Below are positions 8,443-17,426 of a stretch of 33,097 nt of DNA, piece after piece. Both the position numbers and the translations under genes were made by a program. The notes beneath the pieces are model-generated. The model was not told the DNA's origin. It made no database searches and was given only the letters and a program-made list of their open reading frames with translations. Origin of the DNA: a virus (lineage: Duplodnaviria > Caudoviricetes); IMG/VR virus record IMGVR_UViG_3300032218_002996, positions 1 to 33,097 of that record. One strand, 5' to 3'. Numbering within the stretch: the stretch's first letter is position 1; the number at the start of each line of letters is the position of its first letter.

Positions 8443-9643
8443 TTGTATTAATATTTAATGGTTTATATCCTGCTAATTCTCTTTTTTCATCTGGTGTTAA
8501 TACTGCTAATATTGAAGGATCTAAATATTTAATTGGAGTTAATTGCGTCATTGTAAAATCCTTACCAGGAAATATCATATTTAACTGAGTACTAACTAAT
8601 TTTTGAATCTTAGTAATTCTATTATTAAATAAAGTAATATTATCTGAAATTATATTAGTAGCAAAACCAACATTTCCACCTAATCCAATAATAAATGGAG
8701 GTACACCAAAAGCTCTTGTAACTTTATTTGCTACTCTAATTGTTGATAAGTCAATCGCAGTTAATATACCTTCATTATTTATTTGTTGATATGTAGGTAT
8801 TTCTTCTTTAGTTTTAGCGTGAAATACTGCTAATTTTTGACGGCCAGTTTCTCCTTTAATATCTTTTTTATTACCTGTAAATGCTTCTAAGGTATCATTA
8901 TAATCATCCCATTCTGTTTTACCATGTTCATCTTTAGATTCATCATCAACTTCACCAACTATTGTAAAAATACCACTAGGTAAAAAAGAATTTGTAACTG
9001 ATTCTAATTCATATTTACTATTTTCAGCATCTGTATCAATATCACTAATTGCTGAATAATATGAGGGTATTGGATAAATATATTGTAAAGGTTTACGTTT
9101 AAAAAAATATAATATTTCACCAACTGGCTCACCTTCTTTATTTTTAAATTGTAAAATTTCAGATAAATCATTTTGATTAATTTTTGCACCTTTAAATGGT
9201 GGATATTTACAATCTTTTGAGCTATCATATCTAGATGATAAAGTATGATTATAAACTAAACATTCACCTTCTAATTTTCGTGTATTTTCAAATGGTATAA
9301 CCTTTACAGATATTGGATTACCTGAAGAATCACGTGAAATATGCAAAGTATCACCTTCAAATATAACTAACTGTTGAATAATATCTTCAATTAAATCATT
9401 AAAAGTTTGTGTTTCATTTACTAAAGTATTACCTAATTCTTTATCAACTAATCCTTCAGCAAATGCATATTGGTTTAATGCTTCAATACAACTTGTAGCT
9501 GTTCCACTTTCTCTAATTTGATTAACTAAATTTTGTGGAAATTTATTATCAGTATCATATTTAATTATTTCACCATAATTAACATCACTTTTAATTGTTA
9601 TAACTCTATTTACAAAAGTATATAATTTAGACTTTAAACTCAT
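8411..9643 (-). CDS. Portal protein
   Basis: 410 aa with DNKFPQ...SGTATSC, YIYPIPSY, NSFLPSGI and AFGVPPFIIG motifs. Confidence 0.85.
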   Translation of the reverse strand: MSLKSKLYTFVNRVITIKSDVNYGEIIKYDTDNKFPQNLVNQIRESGTATSCIEALNQYAFAEGLVDKELGNTLVNETQTFNDLIEDIIQQLVIFEGDTLHISRDSSGNPISVKVIPFENTRKLEGECLVYNHTLSSRYDSSKDCKYPPFKGAKINQNDLSEILQFKNKEGEPVGEILYFFKRKPLQYIYPIPSYYSAISDIDTDAENSKYELESVTNSFLPSGIFTIVGEVDDESKDEHGKTEWDDYNDTLEAFTGNKKDIKGETGRQKLAVFHAKTKEEIPTYQQINNEGILTAIDLSTIRVANKVTRAFGVPPFIIGLGGNVGFATNIISDNITLFNNRITKIQKLVSTQLNMIFPGKDFTMTQLTPIKYLDPSILAVLTPDEKRELAGYKPLNINTNVLPTINNQI

Positions 9644-9686
9644 ACTGTAAAATTAATTAAACAATAGATTTTTAGCTCAAAATATA

Positions 9687-10489
9687 CTATATTTTATTAA
9701 GTTCTTTAATATCTCTAAACTCTTGATTTATGTCTGAATAACCTGCTAAATGATATACTAACATTTCAGTAGTTTTAAACCAGTTCATATCATTCATAAT
9801 CCAAGTATAATGTGTATCAACCTGAGTTTGTTCTTTACTTATTTCTTCAATTAATTTAGGAATAGCATAATGATTAACAATATAAGCATATCCACCCCAA
9901 GTTTTAATACTTCTGTTTAACCTAAAAGAATATGGTTTTAATCCATCTGGTGGACTATAACCAGCTAAATGTAAACAATCCCAATTTGAAGGTAATTCAG
10001 ACATTGCTAAATTTAATTTAGCTTTAAAATTATCACAAAAATCAATATCATCTTCTAAAATAAAAACACGCTCATAATTTGATTTATAAGCGTGTTCTAA
10101 TAGTGTTTTATGGCTACGTAATGCAGCTATTTCAGTTGATCTAAGATTATGTTTAGATATTATTCCTTCACTCGTGATGGCCTCCCACGCTTTGGCTTTG
10201 ATTCCATTTCTTTTACAGTTTGATTCTGTAAGTTCTTTACGATCTCTTCTGGCTTTGAGATTAATGAAATAACATTTTCCGTAATTTGAATGTAACTTTT
10301 TTTTTCTGTATTATTATCATCATTCCATCTAGGATTAATTAATAATAGTGAATGTTGGCCATTTCTAAACATCATTTCCCCAAAATGATCATTAAAAGTA
10401 TGTTTAGTTACTAATACTTCAGTTCCATCAGATGTTTTAGTGATAATATCACAATCTAAGTATTCAGGTTTTAAGATATATTTATCCAT
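9687..10489 (-). CDS. GT25 (Lex2B/LgtB-like) glycosyltransferase made as a -1 frameshift fusion (267 aa)
   Basis: The frame of ORF 9687-10004 stays open up to 10310 and encodes CYFINLKARRDR, AALRSH and VFILEDD. It has no ATG/GTG/TTG upstream of these motifs. It joins ORF 10489 by a -1 shift at A9 (10297-10305). Confidence 0.75.
10160..10489 (-). CDS. Small protein with C-terminal KRGRP motif (zero-frame product)
   Basis: 109 aa ORF ending KPKRGRPSRVKE; contains the A9 slippery run. Confidence 0.75.
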   Translation of the reverse strand: MDKYILKPEYLDCDIITKTSDGTEVLVTKHTFNDHFGEMMFRNGQHSLLLINPRWNDDNNTEKKSYIQITENVISLISKPEEIVKNLQNQTVKEMESKPKRGRPSRVKE

Positions 10490-10491
10490 TT

Positions 10492-11052
10492 CTATTTTCT
10501 TTTTAAAATTGTTAAACCGTTATTATTTGTATATTCTTCTAAAATAAACCATTCTTTATTATCATTTAAAAACTCTATTATAGCAGGTTGTAATCCTTTT
10601 TTTTCTTCAACTATATAATTATTCATTATTTCTGGAGTTTGCCAGGATGTTGGTTCATCTGTAAAACCATAGGTATTAGTATCATGTAATACAATAAATT
10701 TCTTTACATTTTTAGCGTGTAAATTTAACTCTTTTTTTAACTGAGAATAGATATGTAAAGTATCAATAAATAATAAATCAGTTTTTTCTATTTCAATTTT
10801 TGTTGTATCGGCTTGAATAAATTGCCATTTAGGGTATAAATTTAATGCTTGTAATACATTTTCATTTGTATGTAAATCAATCCCAATTAATTTTTTAGGA
10901 TTTCTATACATAAATGCATAGGTACTAACTACATTTCTTACACCCATTTCAGTAATATGATCACATTCTTTAGATAACTTATATAATGTATCTATATGTT
11001 CATTAATATCACTTGGTGTTTGTTTTGCTTCGCTGAATTTTTGGTTTATCAT
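10492..11052 (-). CDS. Class I SAM-dependent methyltransferase (Methyltransf_24-like)
   Basis: ITEMGVRNVVST, IGID, DLLFIDTLH, FIVLHDT and NNGLTIL motifs. Confidence 0.85.
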   Translation of the reverse strand: MINQKFSEAKQTPSDINEHIDTLYKLSKECDHITEMGVRNVVSTYAFMYRNPKKLIGIDLHTNENVLQALNLYPKWQFIQADTTKIEIEKTDLLFIDTLHIYSQLKKELNLHAKNVKKFIVLHDTNTYGFTDEPTSWQTPEIMNNYIVEEKKGLQPAIIEFLNDNKEWFILEEYTNNNGLTILKRK

Positions 11053-11590
11053 ATTGTGTTTTTATTTTTTTTATTTGTATTGGTGTTAAATATTTTTCAA
11101 TAGCATGATACCCTAAAGTTCCTAAATGATACTGAGTTTCACAACTAAATTTATTAGCCTCTTTAATTGGAGCTAATTTTAAACCTAATTCTTTACATCC
11201 TTTAGCAAAATAAATATCTTCATTAGTTATTCCATCATAAGGTATTGAATCTAATATTTTAATCATAGCCGATTTATGCCTAAATGAAAATCCACCATTA
11301 CCGACATAAGGCTCAAAATCCCAAACAGCTCCAATATAATCCCATTTATAAAATTTTTCAATACCAGTTCTTAATAAAGCTGAATCATGTTGAATAATTA
11401 ATATATTTTCTTCTTGTATTGATTCCCAAAATTTACGACTAGTCATTAAAGTATTATAATCTTCTATTGAATGACAATCCCAATTATTATAGAATGTAGA
11501 ACCATTTGGTATAAATGCTAAATGATTATCTAATGCTTTAGATATATTTTCATCTCTATTTTCAACTAATATTACTGCTAATTTTTCCAT
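11009..11590 (-). CDS. DUF5672-like GT-A fold putative glycosyltransferase
   Basis: ILIIQHDS, WDYIGAVW, VGNGGFSFR, NEDIYF and LGYH motifs. Confidence 0.8.
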   Translation of the reverse strand: MEKLAVILVENRDENISKALDNHLAFIPNGSTFYNNWDCHSIEDYNTLMTSRKFWESIQEENILIIQHDSALLRTGIEKFYKWDYIGAVWDFEPYVGNGGFSFRHKSAMIKILDSIPYDGITNEDIYFAKGCKELGLKLAPIKEANKFSCETQYHLGTLGYHAIEKYLTPIQIKKIKTQYDKPKIQRSKTNTK

Positions 11591-12330
11591 TAAATTAATT
11601 CTTTATCAAAGTTAGGGTGTTGTTTTAAAAATTCAGGTAAAGTATTTTTATCAAAAGAAACTGCATTCCATAAGTCAATACTAACAGGATGTAAATCTCC
11701 AAAATTATTTTTAGGATTCCAACCGTAATGTGTTTTATTTAACCAATCAGTTTTAATTTCTGAAGCATGACCAAATATTTTATATTTATATCTCATAACA
11801 GCTTCAGATTGAGCAGTACTAAAATGATATATTGTTAATTGACATTCATGGTTTTGATCTTTATTATTAGCTCCTAAATTCTCTATTCTAATCGGTCTAA
11901 AACCGTCATAACAAGCCCAATTAAAAGATCTCCAAAAATTAACATATCCTTTTATACCGTAATATCTTTGAGGGTGTATATAAGCATAATTTAAAGCATT
12001 AGATAAATCTTTAGGCTCAAATACTTCATCAGCATCAATAGTTAATACTAAGTCGTAACCCATTGAATAATTATGAACTTGCCTTCTATGTTGGTTTTCA
12101 GCATAGTAATTATCATATTTATCCCATATTAATTTATTTCCTAATACTTCATTTGCAATATTAAAAATTTCTTCTTCAGTATCTGGACATTTATCAATAG
12201 TACTATAACCATGTGATGGATTAGATGTATAAGCAATTACTACTTTTTCACAATGATCTTTTATAGATAATAATGATTCTTTTAAATATTCCTTACCATA
12301 ATGAATTGTCATTAATCCTATTACTCTCAT
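11590..12330 (-). CDS. GT2-like (GT-A) glycosyltransferase
   Basis: N-terminal YLKESLLSI and the DxD motif LTIDADE. Confidence 0.75.
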   Translation of the reverse strand: MRVIGLMTIHYGKEYLKESLLSIKDHCEKVVIAYTSNPSHGYSTIDKCPDTEEEIFNIANEVLGNKLIWDKYDNYYAENQHRRQVHNYSMGYDLVLTIDADEVFEPKDLSNALNYAYIHPQRYYGIKGYVNFWRSFNWACYDGFRPIRIENLGANNKDQNHECQLTIYHFSTAQSEAVMRYKYKIFGHASEIKTDWLNKTHYGWNPKNNFGDLHPVSIDLWNAVSFDKNTLPEFLKQHPNFDKELI

Positions 12331-12524
12331 AAAAAACTAATTTTAATTAAATCACTATTATTAGTCTTGGTAAAACTTTTAGCTTTTAATTCGTTAAAAA
12401 TATAATCCTGAATAAAAAAATCAACTACTTCATTAAAATTAAATTCTTTATAATTAGATTTTAATAAAGTATATTTATTAATTACTAAATTATATAAACT
12501 TCTTTTATTATACTCTGTTTTCAT
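12327..12524 (-). CDS. Hypothetical protein inside the glycosylation cassette
   Basis: 65 aa with ATGA overlaps on both sides. Confidence 0.6.
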   Translation of the reverse strand: MKTEYNKRSLYNLVINKYTLLKSNYKEFNFNEVVDFFIQDYIFNELKAKSFTKTNNSDLIKISFL

Positions 12525-13429
12525 ACTGCTAATTTAATTATATTTTTTACTTGATGTTCAAAAGTAAAGGTATTTTTTACAAATGTATTATTTTTTTCAT
12601 TATTATAATTAATTAATATTTTGTCTATTTCATTTCGTAATTCATTAAAATCATTAAAATAAATTACATTATTTCCATAAGTTTCTTTCATTCCTTTATG
12701 ATTATAGCTAATACATTTAACACCAGTTCCTAATATTCTTAATAATCTATCTGAGTTATAATTTAAACTATCAAAATGACTACAATTAATTGCTATTTTA
12801 GCACCTCTATATGCTTTAGCTTCTTCATATTGGCTACTATTAAAGTTACCATAACAATGATTCCAGCCATTTCCATATACTCCAAACATATTACCGTATT
12901 CTTTTTGCAGAAAATCAACCATATTTATACGATATTCACTCATAGGAAAATAGCCAATACCATAATTATTACCCATAAATACTATATTTGGCATATTATA
13001 CGCTTCACCTATTGGATTATATATATTTGGATCATATCCTATTTCTAAATAATCAGATTTAAAACCTAATGAACGCATATAATTAACATCATCCATATTA
13101 CTAAATGAAGTTAATGATACATTAGGAGCTAAATCAATCATCCATTGTGGAACTTCATTCCTTTTATCACCAGTCCAATTAATTACAAAAGAACCTTGTT
13201 CTTTCATATATTGGCAAATTGTACTACTAATAATACCAGGACTTTGAATTTGCATAAATACAATATTTGGCTTAAATAAATCAAATTCAATTTTAGTATT
13301 TACATTTATATATGGATCACTTGTTGAAATTTCCTTATAATTATCTTCACCTATAATATCTATAAATGCTTGTTGAAAACCGTTAAATGGTTTTGGTTGT
13401 ACGCATAATCCTATATGTAATATTTTCAT
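12521..13429 (-). CDS. GT-B glycosyltransferase, CgeB/YkvP-like
   Basis: NWTGD, GYDPNIY, IVFMGN, VYGNGW, AKIAIN and SDRLLRILGTG motifs. Confidence 0.8.
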   Translation of the reverse strand: MKILHIGLCVQPKPFNGFQQAFIDIIGEDNYKEISTSDPYINVNTKIEFDLFKPNIVFMQIQSPGIISSTICQYMKEQGSFVINWTGDKRNEVPQWMIDLAPNVSLTSFSNMDDVNYMRSLGFKSDYLEIGYDPNIYNPIGEAYNMPNIVFMGNNYGIGYFPMSEYRINMVDFLQKEYGNMFGVYGNGWNHCYGNFNSSQYEEAKAYRGAKIAINCSHFDSLNYNSDRLLRILGTGVKCISYNHKGMKETYGNNVIYFNDFNELRNEIDKILINYNNEKNNTFVKNTFTFEHQVKNIIKLAV

Positions 13430-13431
13430 AA

Positions 13432-14205
13432 TTATTGATGTGGAAATATAAAATGATAAGGTTCGGCAATTCTTTCAGTAGTATGATTGTATGTTCTAAA
13501 TTCTGTATTATGTAAATGAATAGCGTGAATTGTTTTTGATGGATTTAATACTGAATAACCATTTGAAATTAATTCAAAAGCTAATTTATTATCACATCCA
13601 GGAACTCCTAAATTATAATCTCCAATATTTAAATTAACTGATCCATTAAAACACCAAACATCCTGGCTATCCTTTCTGTTAAATAAAACAGCTTTACCTT
13701 CATAATAATCCCATCGAGATAAAGCAAAACATTCCTTATTTTTAATCCATCGTGTATGCAAAATAGTTTCATCAAAATAAATATCTGAATTAGCTATTAT
13801 ATTAATATCATTAGGATAATCTTTTGTTAATTGAAACATTTGTTTAAATGTTATACGATCATTTATTTCAATTACATTAAAATAAGGAACTCCATTAATA
13901 TTTAAACTTTTATTTATTTCTAAGCAAGTTTCTAATTCTTTTTGTCTTTCAATATTATTTGATTCATAAACCTGAATAAATAAATTAATTTTTTTTAATT
14001 CAAATTCCCCTCTTAAAGCTCTAGATTTATAATTATTATTAAAACCTTGCTCTTTTAACCAATTTCCCAATAACATAACTGCTTCACTTATACAAGCTCC
14101 ACAATTCATATTCATATTATAATTGCATAATTCAAAGGATAAAGATTTTAAACTTTGTCTATTTTCTATTGGATTTTGTAAAGCTAGATTAACTTTTTCT
14201 ATCAT
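13432..14205 (-). CDS. Putative GT-A glycosyltransferase with N-terminal CxxC domain
   Basis: IIANSDIYFD, ALSRWD, DSQDVW, GVPGCDN and AIHLH motifs; N-terminal NCGAC. Start moved from TTG 14214 to ATG 14205 because the TTG lies within the -7 box. Confidence 0.65.
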   Translation of the reverse strand: MIEKVNLALQNPIENRQSLKSLSFELCNYNMNMNCGACISEAVMLLGNWLKEQGFNNNYKSRALRGEFELKKINLFIQVYESNNIERQKELETCLEINKSLNINGVPYFNVIEINDRITFKQMFQLTKDYPNDINIIANSDIYFDETILHTRWIKNKECFALSRWDYYEGKAVLFNRKDSQDVWCFNGSVNLNIGDYNLGVPGCDNKLAFELISNGYSVLNPSKTIHAIHLHNTEFRTYNHTTERIAEPYHFIFPHQ

Positions 14206-14211
14206 AGGAAA

Positions 14212-14219
14212 CAAATATA
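14212..14219 (-). promoter_or_regulatory. -7 promoter box for the glycosylation cassette
   Basis: TATATTTG, 6 nt before ATG 14205. Confidence 0.65.
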
Positions 14220-14223
14220 AATA

Positions 14224-14257
14224 AAAAATCCTAATTAAATTAATAATTAGGATTTTT
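14224..14257. terminator. Intrinsic (probably bidirectional) terminator after the major tail gene
   Basis: Perfect inverted repeat AAAAATCCTAATTA / TAATTAGGATTTTT with a 6-nt loop. Confidence 0.75.
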
Positions 14258-14278
14258 ATTTTATAAATTAATTTTCTT

Positions 14279-14854
14279 TTACAAAGCTGAAGATAAATTA
14301 TCTAAATATGCTAAATTTTGAGCTAATGTAGCATTTGCACCATTTATACTAAAGTATTGAGGCATAATAGTTTGTTCACCAGATAAAGTAATTTTATAAC
14401 CAGTTGTATCATTTAATAATGTTCCTGTTCCACCTTCAGCGGCTGATGCATTTAAACCAATTTCTAAGCCTAAACAAATAATTTTTCCATCATTTTGTTG
14501 CATAAATACAACACAATCATCTGAATTAATTAAACTTTGAATAGATAATAATTGAGTTGGATTGCTATAAAATAACTCTAAAACTGCTGTATGTTTAAAT
14601 GTATTAACATTTTCACCTGCAGTTATTGGCCACATAGCACTATTCTTATCTCTTTTTCCTGTGAATTTATATAATTTACTAGCTAATGATCCAACAGTAG
14701 CCATTGAAATACTATTAACATATCCAGCTGTATCAACTGAAGTAGTAATATTATTTTTTAAACCTATATATACTCTTTTATTTACACCGCCTACCTTATT
14801 TAAGGCATCGCAGTCTGGTGATAAACCAGCGATTAAATCATTACAAGTTGCCAT
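14279..14854 (-). CDS. Major tail (tube) protein
   Basis: MATC...C...GG N-terminus and GTG...GYKITLSGEQ; follows the major capsid gene. Confidence 0.7.
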   Translation of the reverse strand: MATCNDLIAGLSPDCDALNKVGGVNKRVYIGLKNNITTSVDTAGYVNSISMATVGSLASKLYKFTGKRDKNSAMWPITAGENVNTFKHTAVLELFYSNPTQLLSIQSLINSDDCVVFMQQNDGKIICLGLEIGLNASAAEGGTGTLLNDTTGYKITLSGEQTIMPQYFSINGANATLAQNLAYLDNLSSAL

Positions 14855-14883
14855 TTATATTTTGTTTTAAATTGTTTATATTA

Positions 14884-14907
14884 AGAGTGGAATATTTCAC
14901 CCACTCT
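14884..14907 (-). promoter_or_regulatory. Hairpin between capsid and tail genes (mRNA stabiliser or weak terminator)
   Basis: AGAGTGG / CCACTCT stem with no U-tract on the - strand. Confidence 0.55.
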
Positions 14908-14918
14908 ATTTTTGATTA

Positions 14919-15941
14919 TTAGAATCCTGCGAAACAGTTTAAAGCTCCATAAGCATAATTATAACCAGCTTTATAACGTAAGCGTGTATAATTAGTGTCT
15001 TGTAATGGCTCATACCACATAACAACTTTAGCTGTATCTGTGATTGCATCAGTTACGATATAATGATTATCAGCTTTAGTTAATAAAATACGGTAAGGAT
15101 TAGCTACTGCAGCAGGAGAACCAGTTGCAAAATCTAAAGCTAAGTATTTGCTAATTACTTGTGTATTTACCATTGGAATACCTCTAAATGATAATGTAGC
15201 AACACCATTTACTAATACATTACGTTGTTCACCAACACCAGAGAATTGAGTAGAAGATAAATATTTTTCCCAAGCTCTAAATACTGAATCTTCAACAAAC
15301 ATTACTTTTTGTTCATCTGGAATAAATTTCAATTCATAAGATTGAGCATCCCAAACAGCATCTAAAGTAGCTACTATATTAGAAATAGATAAAGAACTAG
15401 AAGTAATTGCACCACCATAAGTAGTTCCATCACCTGCTAAATAACCGGCTTTTACTTTTTTGTAAATTCCATCAAACGGAGTATAATTAGAATCTGATAA
15501 AGTAGTATCACCTAAGAATACAATACGATATAAATCACGTGCTGCAGTTTCAGCAACTTTTTCTAAAATATAAGTTTCAATTTCAGTTCCTGTTAAATTA
15601 TTGATATCAACACCTTTTTTACGTACTGTTTCTGCAATAGTAGCATCAAATACATCAGAACATTGCTCTAATTGTGTTTGCATATCAACTACTGATAAAG
15701 TGAATGAGCTAATAGCTACGCCAGTTCCAGTTGCTGTATTATTACATCCAACACGCTTTTTAGTTATCTTATCTAATAAAGCATCTTTGTACATAATCTT
15801 ATTAGATTGTACATCTTCTATTACTTGGAAACCTAAATCTCTTAATCCTAAGTAACCATAAAGTTTAATCATTACCAAGTCTTTGAACTCGGATTGTTTA
15901 CCTGTATAGGTAGTCATTGAAGTTATTACGTTATTTGCCAT
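14919..15941 (-). CDS. Major capsid protein
   Basis: 340 aa downstream of the protease/scaffold; VFLGD...FDGIYK and FRGIPM HK97-fold-like motifs; strongly A-rich start. Confidence 0.85.
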   Translation of the reverse strand: MANNVITSMTTYTGKQSEFKDLVMIKLYGYLGLRDLGFQVIEDVQSNKIMYKDALLDKITKKRVGCNNTATGTGVAISSFTLSVVDMQTQLEQCSDVFDATIAETVRKKGVDINNLTGTEIETYILEKVAETAARDLYRIVFLGDTTLSDSNYTPFDGIYKKVKAGYLAGDGTTYGGAITSSSLSISNIVATLDAVWDAQSYELKFIPDEQKVMFVEDSVFRAWEKYLSSTQFSGVGEQRNVLVNGVATLSFRGIPMVNTQVISKYLALDFATGSPAAVANPYRILLTKADNHYIVTDAITDTAKVVMWYEPLQDTNYTRLRYKAGYNYAYGALNCFAGF

Positions 15942-15972
15942 TTTATTTGTTTTTTTATTTGTTTATATTTAA

Positions 15973-16530
15973 TTAATTATTTCTTTTTAAACGAGCAGCT
16001 ACATGATCAAATGCTGATTCTTTCACTTCTACTTTTTTATCGTTTTTAAATTCTTGTTTAGGAGTTTCAAATTTAGCACCTGCACCAATTACCATTGATT
16101 TTAAAGCTACAAATTCTGTATTAATAGTTTCTAAACTAGCTTTGATTTCATTAGCTTCAGTTATTGCATTAAGTACTTCAGATTCTTTAGCTACTAATTG
16201 AGCTTTTAAAGTTTCAATTTCAGCTTTTAAAGCATCCATTGGTTGGTTTTCTATTTGTGCTGTTGATACTTCAGCAACTGATCCACCTAATACGCTAACC
16301 ATTAAACCATCTGCAGTTTCATAATCGCCATCTAAAGCAGGAGTTGCCATTGTAGCATCAGTATATACGGCTTGACCAGTATTTACTTTACCTTCATTAT
16401 CAACTACTATAAAAAGACTTGAACCATCTTTTAGTTTTACTTCTGTTGGTGCTGCTGCCTTAAAGACATTTGCTAAAATTGCACCGAACTTATCCATTGC
16501 TTGAACAAGTTTATTTGTGTTTTCTTCCAT
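15973..16530 (-). CDS. Nested in-frame scaffolding protein (185 aa)
   Basis: Internal ATG preceded by AAACAAACAAATAAAACAAATAAACAA, like the A-rich context before the capsid gene. Confidence 0.55.
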   Translation of the reverse strand: MEENTNKLVQAMDKFGAILANVFKAAAPTEVKLKDGSSLFIVVDNEGKVNTGQAVYTDATMATPALDGDYETADGLMVSVLGGSVAEVSTAQIENQPMDALKAEIETLKAQLVAKESEVLNAITEANEIKASLETINTEFVALKSMVIGAGAKFETPKQEFKNDKKVEVKESAFDHVAARLKRNN

Positions 16531-17151
16531 TTGTTTATTTGTTTTATTTGTTTGTTTATTTTTAAAATCAACCATTGCAACAAGTTTATAATGATTCTGA
16601 TTAACAAAATCAGTTATAATAGGACTGTTTGAAAATCCCATTTTAATAGCTTGTTCACTTGTTAAGTCTGTAGCTTTATTCATTAACGGCTCAATATCTT
16701 CAATAGATGTTCCTGTCATTTTAGAATAAAAATCTAATATCTTTGATTGCTCATTTTTTAAATCTTCACCTAAAGCAATTAAATCATTACCTTCCATTGG
16801 CATTGGAGCATCTGGCATCCAATAAGGATTATGAATAAAAAATTTAGTATTTTCATGAAGTTTTCTAGTTGATCCAGCCATATAGATAATAGTTGCGATA
16901 CTTCCAACAATTCCTTCACCTATTGATGTAATTGTTTTACCAGAAGTTTTTAATTTATCATATATTGCCCATCCTTCATTTACAGAACCACCACCACTAT
17001 TAATGTAACAATGAATATCAGTTACATCTGGCTCTAAAGAATCTAAGAATTTTTTTAATTTACTTAAATTAAAAGTTTCTTCACCTGAAAACATAGATTG
17101 AATATCAGAACCTCCAATATAACCTTCAATATTTAATTTAGCAATTTTCAT
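15973..17151 (-). CDS. ClpP-type prohead protease with C-terminal scaffold
   Basis: INSGGGSV, GSIATII and FFIHNP motifs; C-terminal coiled coil. Confidence 0.9.
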   Translation of the reverse strand: MKIAKLNIEGYIGGSDIQSMFSGEETFNLSKLKKFLDSLEPDVTDIHCYINSGGGSVNEGWAIYDKLKTSGKTITSIGEGIVGSIATIIYMAGSTRKLHENTKFFIHNPYWMPDAPMPMEGNDLIALGEDLKNEQSKILDFYSKMTGTSIEDIEPLMNKATDLTSEQAIKMGFSNSPIITDFVNQNHYKLVAMVDFKNKQTNKTNKQMEENTNKLVQAMDKFGAILANVFKAAAPTEVKLKDGSSLFIVVDNEGKVNTGQAVYTDATMATPALDGDYETADGLMVSVLGGSVAEVSTAQIENQPMDALKAEIETLKAQLVAKESEVLNAITEANEIKASLETINTEFVALKSMVIGAGAKFETPKQEFKNDKKVEVKESAFDHVAARLKRNN

Positions 17152-17155
17152 ATTA

Positions 17156-17187
17156 CAAATTTATTTAACAAAAATTTATTATATTTG
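17156..17187. promoter_or_regulatory. Back-to-back divergent -7 boxes
   Basis: TAAATTTG on the - strand (17156-17163, 4 nt before the protease ATG) and TATATTTG on the + strand (17180-17187). Confidence 0.7.
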
Positions 17188-17219
17188 TATTATACTATTT
17201 TATACTATATATTTAAAAC

Positions 17220-17426
17220 ATGGGTAGAAAACCAAAACAAAAAACTGATTCATTATATTGGAGAAAACAAATTACTTTGAAAGGTCAAACATTGGAAATG
17301 TTCAATTATGATAGGGATGATAGAGAAACTGGTGATTCACAATTAGGCTTTGAAATAATAAGAGATCATTATAGAAGAAACCCACCTTTAGGATTCTTTA
17401 AAGACTCGAAACATTCACCCCAATAG
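17220..17426 (+). CDS. Small putative DNA-binding protein (ribbon-helix-helix-like)
   Basis: MGRKPK start with a beta-then-helix pattern; has its own promoter; lies opposite to the structural operon. Confidence 0.55.
   Translation: MGRKPKQKTDSLYWRKQITLKGQTLEMFNYDRDDRETGDSQLGFEIIRDHYRRNPPLGFFKDSKHSPQ

Noticed and set aside
10227-10244. GATCGT...GAACTTA occurring downstream of both slippery sites
   Set aside because: Short match with different spacing and distance from the slip site; most likely coincidence.
10492-11052. Methyltransferase as a DNA methylase or anti-restriction gene
   Set aside because: Lacks DPPY/NPPY or PC catalytic motifs; resembles small-molecule/sugar O-methyltransferases and sits among GTs.
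989-15855. Other overlapping track ORFs (989-1192, 3329-3538, 9004-9228, 12776-13048, 14661-14870, 15601-15855)
   Set aside because: All lie within or almost entirely overlap better-supported genes and lack recognisable motifs.
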